Counted from the first letter of the stretch, positions 1-12,609 are shown. The stretch is DNA of 36,620 nt from Hyphochytrium catenoides (GCA_900088475.1 FLMG01002488.1:1-36620), one strand, 5' to 3'. The notes: generated by a model from the sequence alone, not told the origin. A program made the numbers and translations.

Positions 1-197
1 GCGGCAGTCTCGAAACGATCATACGGGCGGCCTCCTCGTGCAAAGGCAAAGACACCTGTCTCAATAAGCGATGGCGAAAGAAGTGTACAGCACGCTCCAG
101 AGCAACGGTCCGATCAGCCTGAGCAGCACAAATAGTATTGACAAAGGCTGCAACGGTGGCGGAGGGGTTTAGTACACTATTTTAATCTCCTTCTTTT

Positions 198-409
198 TTG
201 TGGCGGTTAAGTTCTGATCACCCTTTCTTCATGTCTTTCTCACTCCGTTCCTCTCTCTCTCTTTCTCTCTCTTTTTTCTCTCCTCTCCCTCTCTTTCTTT
301 TCCTCTCTTTTTCTTTCTCTCCCCTTCGACTTGTGCCTCGCTTAACTCCTTAGAGTTGAAGTTTCCACATTGTGGTCTTCATAGCATTAGAGATGGAAGA
401 GACAGAAGC
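198..409. repeat. Dispersed duplicate of 6408-6621
   Basis: Shared blocks tgtggcggttaagttctga, ctccccttcgacttgtgcctcgcttaactc and tttccacattgtggt.ttcatagcattagagatggaagagacagaagc, same orientation. Confidence 0.9.
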
Positions 410-699
410 TTCCCTTTATTTCTTTCTCCCTTTCTCTCTCCCGTTATTGTTTAATTTGCCCGTCCATCGGGTCTCATTGCGTTACTTCTTCTTCTTCTTC
501 TTCGTCTATTTCTACTTCTTCCTTTTCCTTCGTCATTAGAAATCTCATTGCTCTTTCCCTTCCTCTTCTTCATTGTCCTGCCTTCTTATTGCTACGAACG
601 ATCTCCTCTGGTCGATCATAAAGCCCTAACGTCCGTATGCATGCACGCCACCACTTCTTAAGAGCAAGGAGTTCATCATCATTAGTGTTTTAACCATTA

Positions 700-1800
700 G
701 CTTCTGTGCATTAGATGCTAATAACGCTTGTCTTTTACAAGGGCAGAAGAGGACTTTCTAAGGAAAAGAGAGTCGACAAGCACGGCAGAAGCACTCCCAT
801 AGATGGAAAAGATACTTCTGCCAACTACTCAATCGTACTCAGCGTTACTCGCGGATAGTCAGTTCCTCAGAAGAAGGGCTAACGTCCCCATACTACTCTT
901 CTATATGAGCAGATGAGATCATTAGCAGCAGTATGATTTGTTGACGAAGAGCCTGGCTGAAAAGGCAGAATGCCAGTCTTCTTTAACAGCAGAGAGAGCC
1001 GAGTTGCAAGCATGCCTACGCATGCATCATCTCACGAAGAAGAGAGAACGACAGTAGATTACCGAGGTTAACCACCTTGAGCACTGCTGTACCGCTGCCG
1101 CAGGAGAAGAGACGATTCTGTTGCCACTACTTCGATAGATACTAATAAGGGTTGCCGTACTAGGTTCATAGCGACTAGCATCACGCATACATCCACCACT
1201 GCTATTGCGAAGAATGAACAGCGTAGGGCGCCGCCATCCACCTTGACCTGTCTACCTTGGGATATAGAAAGGTCTAAAACTCCTCCTGAAACGCAGAATG
1301 CCTGGGTCTTAGAGCGGTAGAAGAGAGTGGAGCTAATAATGTCTTAGCATGTCTCTGAGTTCTTGAAGGGGCAGCACTATAGTCCTACTCGTCTGTCACG
1401 ACCATAACTATATCAGCTCTAAACCACCGGTGCCGGAGCTTAGCTGCAGGAAATAGAGCTATTTACGACGAGAGTCGTAGAGATAAGCGGTGCGAGGCAG
1501 GAATCATCTACAGCTTCTGCCTAGGAAGTCTTCAAAGGAGCATCCGGGCTCAGATATGAAAGTGTTCTTCAGTTCTTACTCCAGATGCATGCAGCTTAGT
1601 AGTCGGCAGAGCTCCGCTTGTAGGATAGAGAAAGACGCGTAACACTGTGACTATGGTGCTTGCTTGTTGAAGACATTGCGATTGCACTTACTGTAGACAA
1701 AGCGATCCGAGCACTAGCAGCTCCATGAGAATGGCCATAAATGGATAATAATAACAGTTCTTCACTAATAAGGTTTCTCTACCAGTGTTCAAAATAGTCC
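700..1800 (+). pseudogene. Degenerate ankyrin-like repeat gene remnant
   Basis: Broken frames give EHCCTAAAGEETILLPLLR*I (~1079-1140), KGC, GAAIHLD (~1227) and QLHENGHKW (~1718-1744). These resemble the 'TC..AA..G.L..L.W...GCPW' ankyrin-like repeat. Many in-frame stops and frameshifts. Confidence 0.35.
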
Positions 1801-1997
1801 TATCCTATCAATAATGTCAAGGAGAAACTCCCGTCGTACTGCTTGGTTAGCCGCCAGACGGAAGGCCAGCCAATTGGCCTCTGGGGGCAGCTGCCACGGA
1901 GGACGTCGATGACTCCCCTACTATCCTAATATTACCTGGTAATAAGGGCCATTTTTATCACCAACACTTGGCTCTCTGCTTCTTCCTTAATACATAG

Positions 1998-2605
1998 TAG
2001 TATCGGACTGGTACACTTTGTAGGTTATGACACTAGCACTGCTACTTATACCGCACTGATCGCCACTTCTAGTCTAGTGACAGGACCTCGAAAAGCTTAG
2101 CTTAACACAAGGAGCCGGACAAAGTCTTAGACCTATCAAGGGCATGAGTCACAATCGTAGAGGAAGTAGTTGTTCTTTGTTCTTCGTTTACACGAGTGAA
2201 CAATAATGTTACACGGCTACTATTATTCATGGTCATCACATTTGTCGAGGAAGTAGTTGTTTTTCCCGTCTAGTGGAGGGTTGTACTATAAATAATTATA
2301 AGGGAATTCTATATTTCTTTTCCCCTTGTGTTTATCCTAATCACAGATGCGCAATCACAGACCGTAGCTTTACTAGTGTCGGAGTAGTACACTTTGTAGG
2401 TTATGACACTAGCACTACATATACCGCACTGATCGCCACTTCTAGTGACAGGGCCTCGAAAGCTTAGGGTTAGTTAGCTTTTTTAACGCAAGGAGCCAGA
2501 CAAAGTCTTAGAACTATCAAGGGCATGTGTCACAATCGTAGAGAAAGTAGTTGTTCTTTGTCTTCGCCTACATAATTAAGTGGACAATAATATAACAGGG
2601 CTATT
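1998..2605 (+). repeat. Degenerate direct duplication (~1998-2224 and ~2374-2605)
   Basis: Both copies carry gtacactttgtaggttatgacactagcact, tataccgcactgatcgccacttctagt, acaaagtcttaga.ctatcaagggcatg.gtcacaatcgtagag and aagtagttgttctttgt. Confidence 0.92.
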
Positions 2606-3261
2606 TGTTATGTGACTAGTAGTAGACTCCTATTTCCTTGCATTTCAATTACTCTACTACTTCAACTTCTCACAAAAGGAAGAAGTTAAAGGAGAAGTAG
2701 AGCGAGACGAAGAGGAATTGTTCCCTATAATTCTTACGGAGTATCAGGCACTAGTGTCTACAGAGCATCGCCACCGGACGGACAGCTCTACCCATCATGG
2801 GGCGCTCAATCAGAAGAGAAGAAAGAGTAGTTCTTCGTCTAGCTAATGCTATAATAATAGCAGTGCAGCCACCTGTACAGCCCATAGTCCATAGCGGTAC
2901 TGTGTGATTCCGTCAGAATCTCAAAGGGCTCTGTCTTTCCTACGTGTCTAACGTCCAGTTCATGATGAGTATACTGCAAACAAAAAGCATCCGTAGTTCT
3001 ATGCACTTCTGATAGTGAAGCCAATCGATGGACCAGACGCGGTTGAATAGCCGGATTGCTAAACTCCACATATAGTCCTCTAGATGGTGTACGGTTCGTC
3101 GGGAGGGCAGCCCATTACTATGAAAAGTTATATGTTGGAGGCAGTCGTTGAATGTTGCTTCGATTCTATGGCATGTTTCTGGGGAGGGTTGTTGCTAAAA
3201 GGCGACGAGCCTGAAATAAAATCGCCGCCCTACTCTGTACCTACAGTTGCATCACTTTTAT

Positions 3262-3417
3262 GTAGATCCTTGAGTCTGATGGACGGCAGCAGGAGACAGG
3301 AGTTCGGATTCGGACAAGACTAAGCAGAACCGTATGTAGATCACTGAGTCTGATGGATTGCAGAGGACGGTAACAAAAGACGTGAGTTCGGATTCGGACA
3401 AGGCTAAGCAGAACCGT
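3262..3417 (+). repeat. Tandem duplication of a ~75-80 bp unit
   Basis: gtagatc..tgagtctgatgga ... gagttcggattcggacaag.ctaagcagaaccgt occurs twice. Confidence 0.9.
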
Positions 3418-4470
3418 CATTGGGACGAACGAGAAGCAACTAAAGCCACCTATATTAGTACTATCATTAAGAGCAACCTTCCGGACCTGTTCTACCAGCT
3501 CGAGTGCTCTTAATTGGTGGCTTTGTTCAAGAACCTTTTCCACCAAGGCTGCTGTCCTTCTCCTGCTCAACCACTGTGTTGTCGACCCGTTCTCCTAGCT
3601 TTCTCGTCAGTCATTAGTCTGAATGGCTTTCTAAGGCATCCCCTTCTTCCGTTGATGGCCCTCCCTCTGGCTCCCACGTCAAGCTTCACAGCACTAGAAC
3701 TACTACTAGTTAGCTGGAGGAGGGAGCACCCAATTCCTGCTGATCTGTTCTCCTCAAGAGCATGACAGTTCACTTGAGAACTTACCATCTCCACAGACCA
3801 AGTCAAGCACTCAACTGTCTTTCCTTTGTGAGAGTCCATAAGGCTTTGCTTCATCAGGCACCTCAGCCGATTTGCCTCAAACAAGGTCTGTCACTGTCCA
3901 AGCCCACTATTAGAACGTGGGCGGCGGCATCCAAGCACTGTGTGGAAATCTTGAACAGTTCTTCAACAAGGCGGGGGACACCAGTGACAATCAAGATGCG
4001 AACTTCTCATCCTTTACGGTCGTTGTTGTCCTCCATCTCTTTCTCAAGAAGGCTCAGTCCAGCACTAAGTGTTACCACCACTCTCGTCCTTGTGGTCTGC
4101 CTGCTTTGGCCTAGTAAAACTGGCCGCGCTGCTGGGGATAGCTGGGGATCTATGTCCAACCTCGGTCCCCCATCGAGCTATGGGTAAGTCTTCATATGAA
4201 GTTGTGGCTGCGTCCCGGCAGTCTTTGTTTCTGAATAGGTATTCTTCTTCTTCCTTTGATAATAAGCTTTGATTCTTAAACCTAAATCCTTATCTCTTAA
4301 CAATGATAATCCGGCCTTCTTCCATATTTCAAACCTTCATCGGGGCTCCTGCTATTCCGTCCGTGAACTACTCTTTTTTTCCGGTTGACTGCATCTGTCT
4401 CGTCCTGCAACAGTTCTAAGAGGAAAACCTCTGAGGAACCACTAATCTGCCTCGTGGAAACTAATTCTTT

Positions 4471-5196
4471 TTGTGTGGCAGCCCTGACTACGTCGGCCAG
4501 GATGTATATGAGGCAAGGAAGTACCCCAGCTGGAATGTGGCAACTTTTTGGGGTGCTATCAGTTTCGCTAGTGAGCAGGAATTGCGCGATATGAACAAGG
4601 CCATAGAGGATGCGAAGCGCGGGTGTAATAACAAGTATGCTGCTGGTCTCAAAAAGGGATACAAATGCAATCGCGCAGCAGAGAAATGGACGGAGACACC
4701 GAATCCAATTACTGGTGAACGTGTTAGAGGCAATGTAGTCACCGTGTATCTGCCTTGTGCCCTAGGCTATGAGTTCAAAAGTGTGCAAGAATATCGGCCC
4801 GGAACGACATACGGTCAAAACAGGAACTTCTGCAAAAAACAAAAAACTTCCGTCTGTGACCATATCAAAAAAGCGGTAATTGGCCAAGAAGCTGACAAAG
4901 GACGGCATATGCGCACTGGAAATGTAAAGCGAGCTTTCAAAAACGAACTTGGGAATATCTACGACATTGTCTCAGCCGTTCCAATGTCTAAACCCAAGGC
5001 CGGCAACGAAGTTAAAACCGCCATTGCTACTGTTGCTGACCTTTATCTCAACAAGTGCAGCTCTTTATGGCCGGACCCCAAAAAGCTCAAAAACCAGTTC
5101 GTGGAATGTCTCACGCTGAACTGTGAAGCCTTACCTCATACTGAGGTCAAGCAATGCGTCACGAGCTGCTACCATATAGCGGAGCTCAATAAGTAG
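4471..5196 (+). CDS. Orphan Cys-rich protein (~240 aa ORF; true 5' end unresolved, possibly the last exon of a spliced gene)
   Basis: 726-nt high-complexity open frame with no microsatellite, 10-11 Cys, TAG stop. The track start is TTG. CTAAT + pyrimidine tract + GCAG at 4461-4481 looks like a 3' splice site. Confidence 0.65.
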   Translation: MCGSPDYVGQDVYEARKYPSWNVATFWGAISFASEQELRDMNKAIEDAKRGCNNKYAAGLKKGYKCNRAAEKWTETPNPITGERVRGNVVTVYLPCALGYEFKSVQEYRPGTTYGQNRNFCKKQKTSVCDHIKKAVIGQEADKGRHMRTGNVKRAFKNELGNIYDIVSAVPMSKPKAGNEVKTAIATVADLYLNKCSSLWPDPKKLKNQFVECLTLNCEALPHTEVKQCVTSCYHIAELNK

Positions 5197-5699
5197 ACGT
5201 CCGTAGCAAGGACAACAAGCTGGTTGAAGGGAGAAGCCTTGGATTATATGGCCCAGAAGAAGGGGTCACATAAGAGTCCAGAGCCTGGGCAATTCTTCAT
5301 CTGCATCGGCAGCGACCCCTGGCAGCGTCCCACTCCGCGACCATAGGGATCATATATGTTCCATGTGTACTTTGATCATGAGAGATCCTAGTAAGCAGCA
5401 TGATAGATAAGTCAGAAAAGCAACATAGCTTAATAAAGTCTTCGTCGCCGTCTCCAGTGAAGGTAGTACTAGGTCGTATTGTGCCTTCTAGACTGAAGAA
5501 TAGATCAAAGATAAAACTTCTTTTTCTAATGCCATCTACGCTGTTCAGATCTGATCGCCATTGTCCTAAAGAGACGGAACGAGAAGTGAGCAATGCAAAG
5601 ATCACTACCTAGCTCTGTTCTTGTTTTATCCACCGCTGGAAATAGCCAATATTACTGCCACTTTTTTGCATTCTTATTTACTATAATAAGTGAAAGAGA

Positions 5700-6002
5700 T
5701 GGATCGGTGAAATGTCAGGCTACTTTTCTTAGCCCTACGGATCTTCTTTTGCCCTTATGAGTGACCAGATTCTTCTTCTGCCTGTGTCCTCTCTCTTCTC
5801 TGTCTCTTCTTCTTCTTCTCTCTTTTCTTTCTCTTGATGCTTTCCTCTCTCGTTTTTCTCTCCTCTTTTCTTCACCGCTCCCCTCGCTCTTTCTCTCTCG
5901 TCGCTGCCTGTGGCCTACATCTATAAACTATTCTTCGATTCCTGAGTAGCATAGAAAGTAGTACCTCTTTGTCAGTGAGTTTTCGTGAGTCAGTCTCTCA
6001 TT

Positions 6003-6047
<45 letters not shown>

Positions 6048-7212
6048 CTGTTACTTTTCATCCCATGGTTCTTCTTGTCCGCTGCTATTTTTTTAAAAAA
6101 GGCTTAATGTTGTCACAATGGAATCTTCTTCTAGCTTTCATACAAGAGTTCGGAGACGACTTCTATCCTTAGTTTTCCTCTTCCCTTTCTTTCTCTTTCT
6201 CTCCTTTTCTTTTATGTCTTTCCTCTCTTATCTGTTTCCACAATTTCTCTGAAGCTGCTGGAAGAGTTGCCTCTGTGCAAGAGTCGCATTTTTTTCTCTC
6301 TCTCTCTCTCTCTCTCTTTCGCGACCTCTCTTTTTCTGTCTCGTTTTCGCTGCCTCTCTCCTCCTTCATTTTTTATCTAATTTTAGTAGACTCTATTCTC
6401 TTTTTGCTGTGGCGGTTAAGTTCTGACTTAAGCTCTGATCAACCTTTTTTCATGTCTTTCTCGCTCTCTCTCTTCTTCTCTCTCTTTCTCTTCTCTCTTT
6501 CCTCTCTCTCTTTTTCTCTCTTTTTTTCCTCTCCCCTTCGACTTGTGCCTCGCTTAACTCATTAGAGTTGATTTTTCCACATTGTGGTTTTCATAGCATT
6601 AGAGATGGAAGAGACAGAAGCGGAGGAAGTGTGAGAAGTGGAAGAATTTGGGAGAGAAAGAGAAGGAGAAGGAGAGAACCGAGAAGAAGTGGAAGAAAGA
6701 GAGGAAGAGAAATGAAGCGTGGAAGGAGCCGAAGAAGCAGAAAAGAAGGAGAGAGAGGCAGTACCGCCGCTCCTCTTCTCCCCCGAGAAACGAGCGAGAG
6801 AAGAGGCTGACGAAGAGGAAGAGACACGTCGGGCATCTTCTTCTTCTCCCTTCTTCTTTCCTTTCAAGAGAGAAGAGAAGAAGCTTCTTCTTCTTTTTCC
6901 TGCTGGCTCTTCCTCTCTTTCATTCTTGTCCTCTCCTTTGTGGGTCTTCTCCTCTCTGCGTAAGAGAACAAGAGGAGGGAGAGGTCGCGGGAGAGAGGAG
7001 GAAGAGAGAGAGAGAGGGACTTCTCCTTCTTCTTTTTCTTGTTCTTCTTCCTTTTCCGTTTTTTGTCTCTCCTTTTCTGACGTTTCTTGTTCTTTCGTTC
7101 CTATACAGTCTTGATGGTGCTCTCTCTCTTCCTGATGAGAGAGACTTGGCGAGGAGGGAGAGAAGAGAGACTCCACCGTTTCCGATTCTTTTCTTTCCAT
7201 GCTTTGCGCCAT
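5700..7212 (-). pseudogene. Low-complexity S/E/K-rich ORF (ATG 7212 to TAA 6562) followed by broken coding-like sequence
   Basis: MAQSMERKESETVESLFSPSSP...AMKTTMWKNQL reads like a disordered protein. Downstream non-repeat islands (CDSCTEATLPAASEKLWKQI, IEVVSELLYES*) are interrupted by stops. No domain recognised. Confidence 0.3.
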
Positions 7213-7303
7213 AAGAAGAGGAGGAGAGATACCGCGGAACACTCGATAGAAGTCTAACAGGACGACAGAGAGGAGAGAGAAGAGAGTAAAAGGGAGGGAG
7301 AAC

Positions 7304-7335
<32 letters not shown>

Positions 7336-7910
7336 AAGAGAGAAGAAGGACAATTCGCTATTATGCTAGGATAATGGAGAAGATCTAGAGAGAGGAAAGA
7401 GCGGCAAGAAGAGAGCAAATAAAGAGGAGATAGAGAGAAAGAGACAAAGAGAGAGGGAGAGGACGGAGTAAGAGAATAAAAGATACTATAGAAAAAGAGA
7501 GGTAACAGAGCGGTCTGTTCCTTCCTCTTCTTCCTTTTCTTTCTTAGGCAAGAAGTCAGTTGCAGGAGGAAAGTGAAACAATGAGAGAGAGGGGGAAGGT
7601 CAATAATGATGCCAAACCAGATCCAGAGAAAGAAGAGAGAGGAGAGAAAGAGAGACAGAGAGAGAAAGAAAGGAGAGAGAGGGATGAAGAGCGATTCACA
7701 GAGTAGAGAGACATGAAGAGACAAACCTCCACCAGCAGACAAGAGAAAGAGAGGAGGGAAGCATCAGACAGAGGAAAAGGAGGGAATAAGCAGGAGAGAG
7801 ACCGATAGAGAGACGGCAATAATAGAGAGAAGAGATGAGGGCAAGCAAATCCTTCCTTCCTCCTGAACCTGGAGAGACGAAGAATGACAGAAAGAAGAAA
7901 GAGAGGAAAA

Positions 7911-8020
7911 AAAGAGAGAGAAATGATATATGAGAGAGAGAGGAGGAGGAGAGAAAGAGAGAGAAATGATATAGGAGAGAGAGGAGGAGGAGAGAAAGAG
8001 AGAGAAATGATATAGGAGAG
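7911..8020. repeat. Minisatellite, ~41-43 bp unit x3
   Basis: aaagagagagaaatgatata(t/g)gagagag occurs three times. Confidence 0.85.
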
Positions 8021-8025
8021 AGAGA

Positions 8026-8060
<35 letters not shown>

Positions 8061-8359
8061 CAGACAGAGAGAGAGAGAGACTAAGAGCAGAAGAGAACAG
8101 AAAGAAGGCGGGAGTTGTCTTAGGACGAGTTACCGCAGCGCCAAATGACGAGAGAACAGAGCGACGGAAGACCTTCACTCCTAGTCTTCCTGTTCGTTGA
8201 GCTTCTGTGACGCTTTGGAAGGAAGTTGGGTTCTTTGTCTCTCATCTATCTCTTCGCCAGGCAATCGTTTTTCTCTTCTCTCTCCTCCCTCCTTCTCCGT
8301 CCGCCTCTCTCTCTCTCCCGAAATGTTCGACGCGCTAAGCTTCTCTTGAGCAAGACGAC

Positions 8360-8433
<74 letters not shown>

Positions 8434-8978
8434 CGAGGGAGAGAGGAGGCAGACAGACGGAGGAGAGAGGGACAAGAGAGAAGAATTTTGTGTAAGGCAG
8501 ACTAGAAGAGAGACATCTATTTACAGCTTTATTATTAGCAGCTGTGTGAGGAGAGAGAGAAAGAGTGATGGGGGTGGTAAGTATAGAGAGGGGGAGGAGC
8601 GAGAGAAGTCGTGAAATGGGAGAGAGACAGAGGGCCATATATTGTTGAGGAAGAGGACACAGTCTCGTCTCTCTCTCTCTCTCTTTCTCACTCTCTCTCT
8701 CTCTTCTCTCCCTCCCTTCTCTTGCTCTTCTTGTCGCGCCAGCATCATACCAAAAGGAAGAGAAGAAAAGGTTTTGACAAGCAGCGCCCACAAGCGCCAT
8801 GAGAAAAATTGGGGAGAGAGCCACACAGAACTTGAAGAGAAATTTTCTTTAGCTTTCTACTCAGCGGCTTCCATCGGCTGCCAACGTCTTCCTTCCCTCC
8901 GGCCTGGAGAGAGAAGAAGAGAGAAGACGAAGTACTGCAGGGAAAGCAGTTTTTACGAGCGAGACAGACGAGGAAGAT

Positions 8979-9031
<53 letters not shown>

Positions 9032-9144
9032 GAAGTCCAAAGAGAGCACGAGCAGAATGATGATGATGATCACACTAATGGCGAAGAGACGGATAGAAGA
9101 AAGAGATTGAGCGCAACAAAGAAGAAATATATGTATAGAGCAGA

Positions 9145-9194
<50 letters not shown>

Positions 9195-9279
9195 GAGAGA
9201 GTTCGTAGGAAGCCATTTTCTTGAACTGCGAGCCCCTCGACCTTCACTCCTGACCGTTACATGAGTCCTACCTTATTGA

Positions 9280-10330
9280 GGTTTTTTTTTTCTTATATAA
9301 AACCTGCATAAAATACCGATTTTACCAATAGATTTCCAAAAGACCACTTCCTCTTTATCACTTGTTTCTACTCAACCAGCAGAAGAGGACAAAGGCGAAG
9401 AAGAAGAAGAGAAGAAAAAGAAGAAAGGAAAAAGAAGAAGGGAGAAGAAGAAGAGAAGAAGAGAAGAAGGGAGAAGAAGGAGATAAGAAGAGAAGAAGGG
9501 AGAAGAAGGAGATAAGAAGAAGGGAAGAAGAGAAGAAGAAGAAAAGAAGAAGGAGGAGAAGAAGAAAAAAAAAGAATCAGGAAGAAGGAGAAGAACAAGA
9601 AGAAAAAGAAGAAAGAGGAGAAGAAGAAAGAGGAGAAGAAGAAGAAGAAAAAGAAAGAAGAGGAGAAGAAGAAGAAAAAGAAGAAAGAGGAGAAGAAGAA
9701 GACGAAGAAGGAGAAGAAGATAAAAGAAGAAGAGGAAATAAAACTACCAAGTCTTGGTCTCTTCAACTAACAATCATCTTTCTTCTTCACGCTCGTTCTT
9801 CATCAGAGAGAGAGAGGAACCATAGGTGACTTTCTCAGCAGTAGCAATGGGAGAAGAAGGAGGAGGACGAAGACGAGAAGATGAAGTGCCAACACCATCA
9901 TAATACTCTACAGAAGAGCAAGCGAGAGGATCGCCCAAGAAGACTTCTCTCTCCGTCTCCGCCTCCATCTCCTGCTGTTGTTTCTTTTCCCTTCTTCTCC
10001 CTTCTTCTCCCTTCTTTTTTACTTTCTCCCGCTCCTTCTTCCCTTTTCTCTTCCTTATATTTGCCTCTCTCGTCATTTCTCTTTTTTTTGGTCAGCTACG
10101 CAGAGGAAGAAGAAGAGGAAGGTTGAGGAGACGAAAGAGAAGAAGAGAACGAAGAAAGAAGAGGAAGAAAGAAGAAGGAGGAGAAGGAGAGGAGAAAGGA
10201 GAAGAGACAACAAGCGCTACATAGCCTTGGTCTCTTCTTCATCGACTCTTTTATCTCCACACTACTCGGTCCCACACAAGGAAGAAAGGTTCATCGTTGC
10301 CTTTCTCTTTAATAATCAAGCAGGGAAGAC
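9280..10330 (+). repeat. GAA-tract repeat family, copies 1 and 2
   Basis: A long (GAA/GGA)n tract ends in ctaccaagtcttggtctcttc (9744); a second tract ends in ctacatagccttggtctcttc (10217). Confidence 0.55.
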
Positions 10331-10753
10331 GAAGAAGATTATGAAGCGCCGACGACATTGTCATCGTCATGCTCAGGCAAGAAAGAGAAGAACCCAGCCG
10401 CTGAAGAGGAAGACGCTTCAGAATCTGAAGCGCGTTGTCCTCATGGACGGCCAAAGAGACTCTGGAATGAAGCCGTAAAGCCATTGCCAGGCGAGACCAA
10501 TGACCATGAGAAGCATCAAGAGCCCGTGCCACACAGTCCAAAGTCACACGGCATAACGCCACCCAAATGGGTACATCCTGGCCACCATAGACGAAGTACT
10601 GACAAAGAAAAAGGAAGAGAGAGAGAAGAGAGGAGAGAAGAGAAACTTACTAGCTAAGGAGAGGCCGTCTTCTTATCTTTATCCTGTGCAAATTAGCTTG
10701 CTTCGCTTTCTGATGCGCTTCTTCGGAGCTCTCTCTCTCTCTCTGAGAAAGAC

Positions 10754-10827
<74 letters not shown>

Positions 10828-11563
10828 CGACAGTAAGCAGAGAGGGACGTCGTTCATTACTCGTCCTCAATGCTGTCCACCTGTCCGACACTGCGCGGCG
10901 TCTTCTCCTGTCTCTTGCTCTTTATGTCATAAGAGATTGCTGTTCTATAGAACAACTTCTAAGCCTCAATCTTCCTGCCACTGCTGTGAGTCGGATGAGA
11001 AACGCAATGAAGATTTGATACTAAGGCTGGAACGAAGGGACAGTGTCATAATCCACATAAGCAGTAGTCAGTATTATCAAGCGTTCCTTCTCGCTGTCAA
11101 TCATTTCTCATGATCGCCGCCAACCTCTATAACGTGTCATCAGGTCAAATTGAAGCTTTAGAGTTGCGCAGCAGAAGGAAGAGAGAGCTTCATTGATGAC
11201 CAGGAAGAGGAAGGCGAAAGGATGGACACCTTATGATAGACCTTGCTGTTTGCGAGTAGATGGCCTGATTACTCTTCTTAGAGGTAAACCTTTCGTCATT
11301 GAGTTTCTCACTTTCAGTCCCGTTCTTCGGCCTTCCGTTTGCCAAAAGGAAGGGATGTCACGCTAAGTCATTTTGATGGCAGAAGGCCTTCTTCCTTCTT
11401 TCTCTCTCTCTCCTGTGACCAACTGAAAGGAAGTGTCTCATTTATCAACAACCATGCACTCACATAATCTAAAGAAGATGACCGAGTCGTGTCCTCCCGC
11501 GACGATAAACTAATAGTGTGCTCTTCTAGGTAAAAAGAGGAGAACTAACTAACCAGGTTTCGT

Positions 11564-12322
11564 CTAGGTCCCGGGGTTGTCTGGCTTCTGCTGCGGCGGT
11601 CCGGTTAGAGTAGCATGTGTGGCCACAAGCGGCGGCGGCGGTGATGGGGGTGAACAAAGCTGTGTGAGCTGCGGTCTATTGTTGGGAAGATTGAAGGTCA
11701 CGGACGATGGATTTTGTCCCTGCTGCTGTCTCGAAGACTGCTGATGAATAAATGCAGCGGCAGACGCGCTTAACGCTGCTGTCGCCAAACTGTTCTGTTC
11801 CAATCGTCCCGACTGGGGACTGAGGGTAGCGACAGGGACGCCCTCGTCTGTCATGAAATGGTTAATCACGACCACTGCTGGAGGAGGAGGAGGCGAAGAA
11901 CGAGGTGGTTTCCTTTGGACTACCTCCGGTTCGTTATAGCAACAACAGAGTGGTGGTGACTGTCGATTTTTCCGCCAGACCAATATGTAGAGAAAGATGA
12001 GGAAGATGACGATGGCAACAGCAGCCACCATTGCGCCGTCTCCACTGCCTCCTCCTGACGAGGATGAAGACACTTTGGAAGGAGAAGGGGCACTATAGCG
12101 TGCACAATCGCCGTATCTGCAATAGTATCCTGCTAGACAGCAGTATGAACCACAGTCAACAGGATAGCCATAGCTGCATCCATTCGCATAGTCCTCTTCT
12201 GCGGTGGAGTTGAAAGGAAATGGTTGCTTAGTGACCGCGGTGCTGGTCGTCGTGGTAGCTATCTTACTCCTCTCATCGTCAGCTGCTGGAGATGAAGTGT
12301 CAGCATCGGCGAGGGCGCTCAT
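11564..12322 (-). CDS. Single-pass type I membrane protein with a small 6-Cys ectodomain, juxtamembrane CCC and Pro/Gln-rich tail
   Basis: CSYGYPVDCGSYCCLAGYYCRYGDC, Ser/Gly linker, hydrophobic MVAAVAIVIFLIFLYILVW followed by RKNR (positive-inside), LCCCY, PPPPP. 252 aa, intronless. Confidence 0.75.
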   Translation of the reverse strand: MSALADADTSSPAADDERSKIATTTTSTAVTKQPFPFNSTAEEDYANGCSYGYPVDCGSYCCLAGYYCRYGDCARYSAPSPSKVSSSSSGGGSGDGAMVAAVAIVIFLIFLYILVWRKNRQSPPLCCCYNEPEVVQRKPPRSSPPPPPAVVVINHFMTDEGVPVATLSPQSGRLEQNSLATAALSASAAAFIHQQSSRQQQGQNPSSVTFNLPNNRPQLTQLCSPPSPPPPLVATHATLTGPPQQKPDNPGT

Positions 12323-12609
12323 GGTGATGAGGAGGGAGAAAGCGGCGTTGAAGTCGTTTCTTTATCTACTACTATAAAGAGGGCTAACAACCACAGATCA
12401 GAAGAGAGATTGCTTTCTTTCTATTAGTCTTCTTCCTTGCTTACGCGATGAATGGAAAAAAGAGTTATGGCTGTGGTTGCTATCCATCAAGCATCATCCG
12501 TCAGCTAGATAGGTAGATCTCAGTAAACTCTTAGAAGGAAACAGGTTATAATCTCTCTCGACCTAGAGGTATCAAGAGATGGGGCCCCACTGTCCCGCGT
12601 CCGCTCCCA

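Noticed and set aside
2464-2477. Telomere-like ttagggttagttag
   Set aside because: A single TTAGGG unit, not an array.
5700-6600. Stop-codon reassignment suggested by coding-like frames running through TAA/TAG/TGA
   Set aside because: The intact SDR, GDPD, Nudix and bZIP genes have no internal stops and end at TAG/TAA at natural C-termini. Pseudogene decay explains the pattern.
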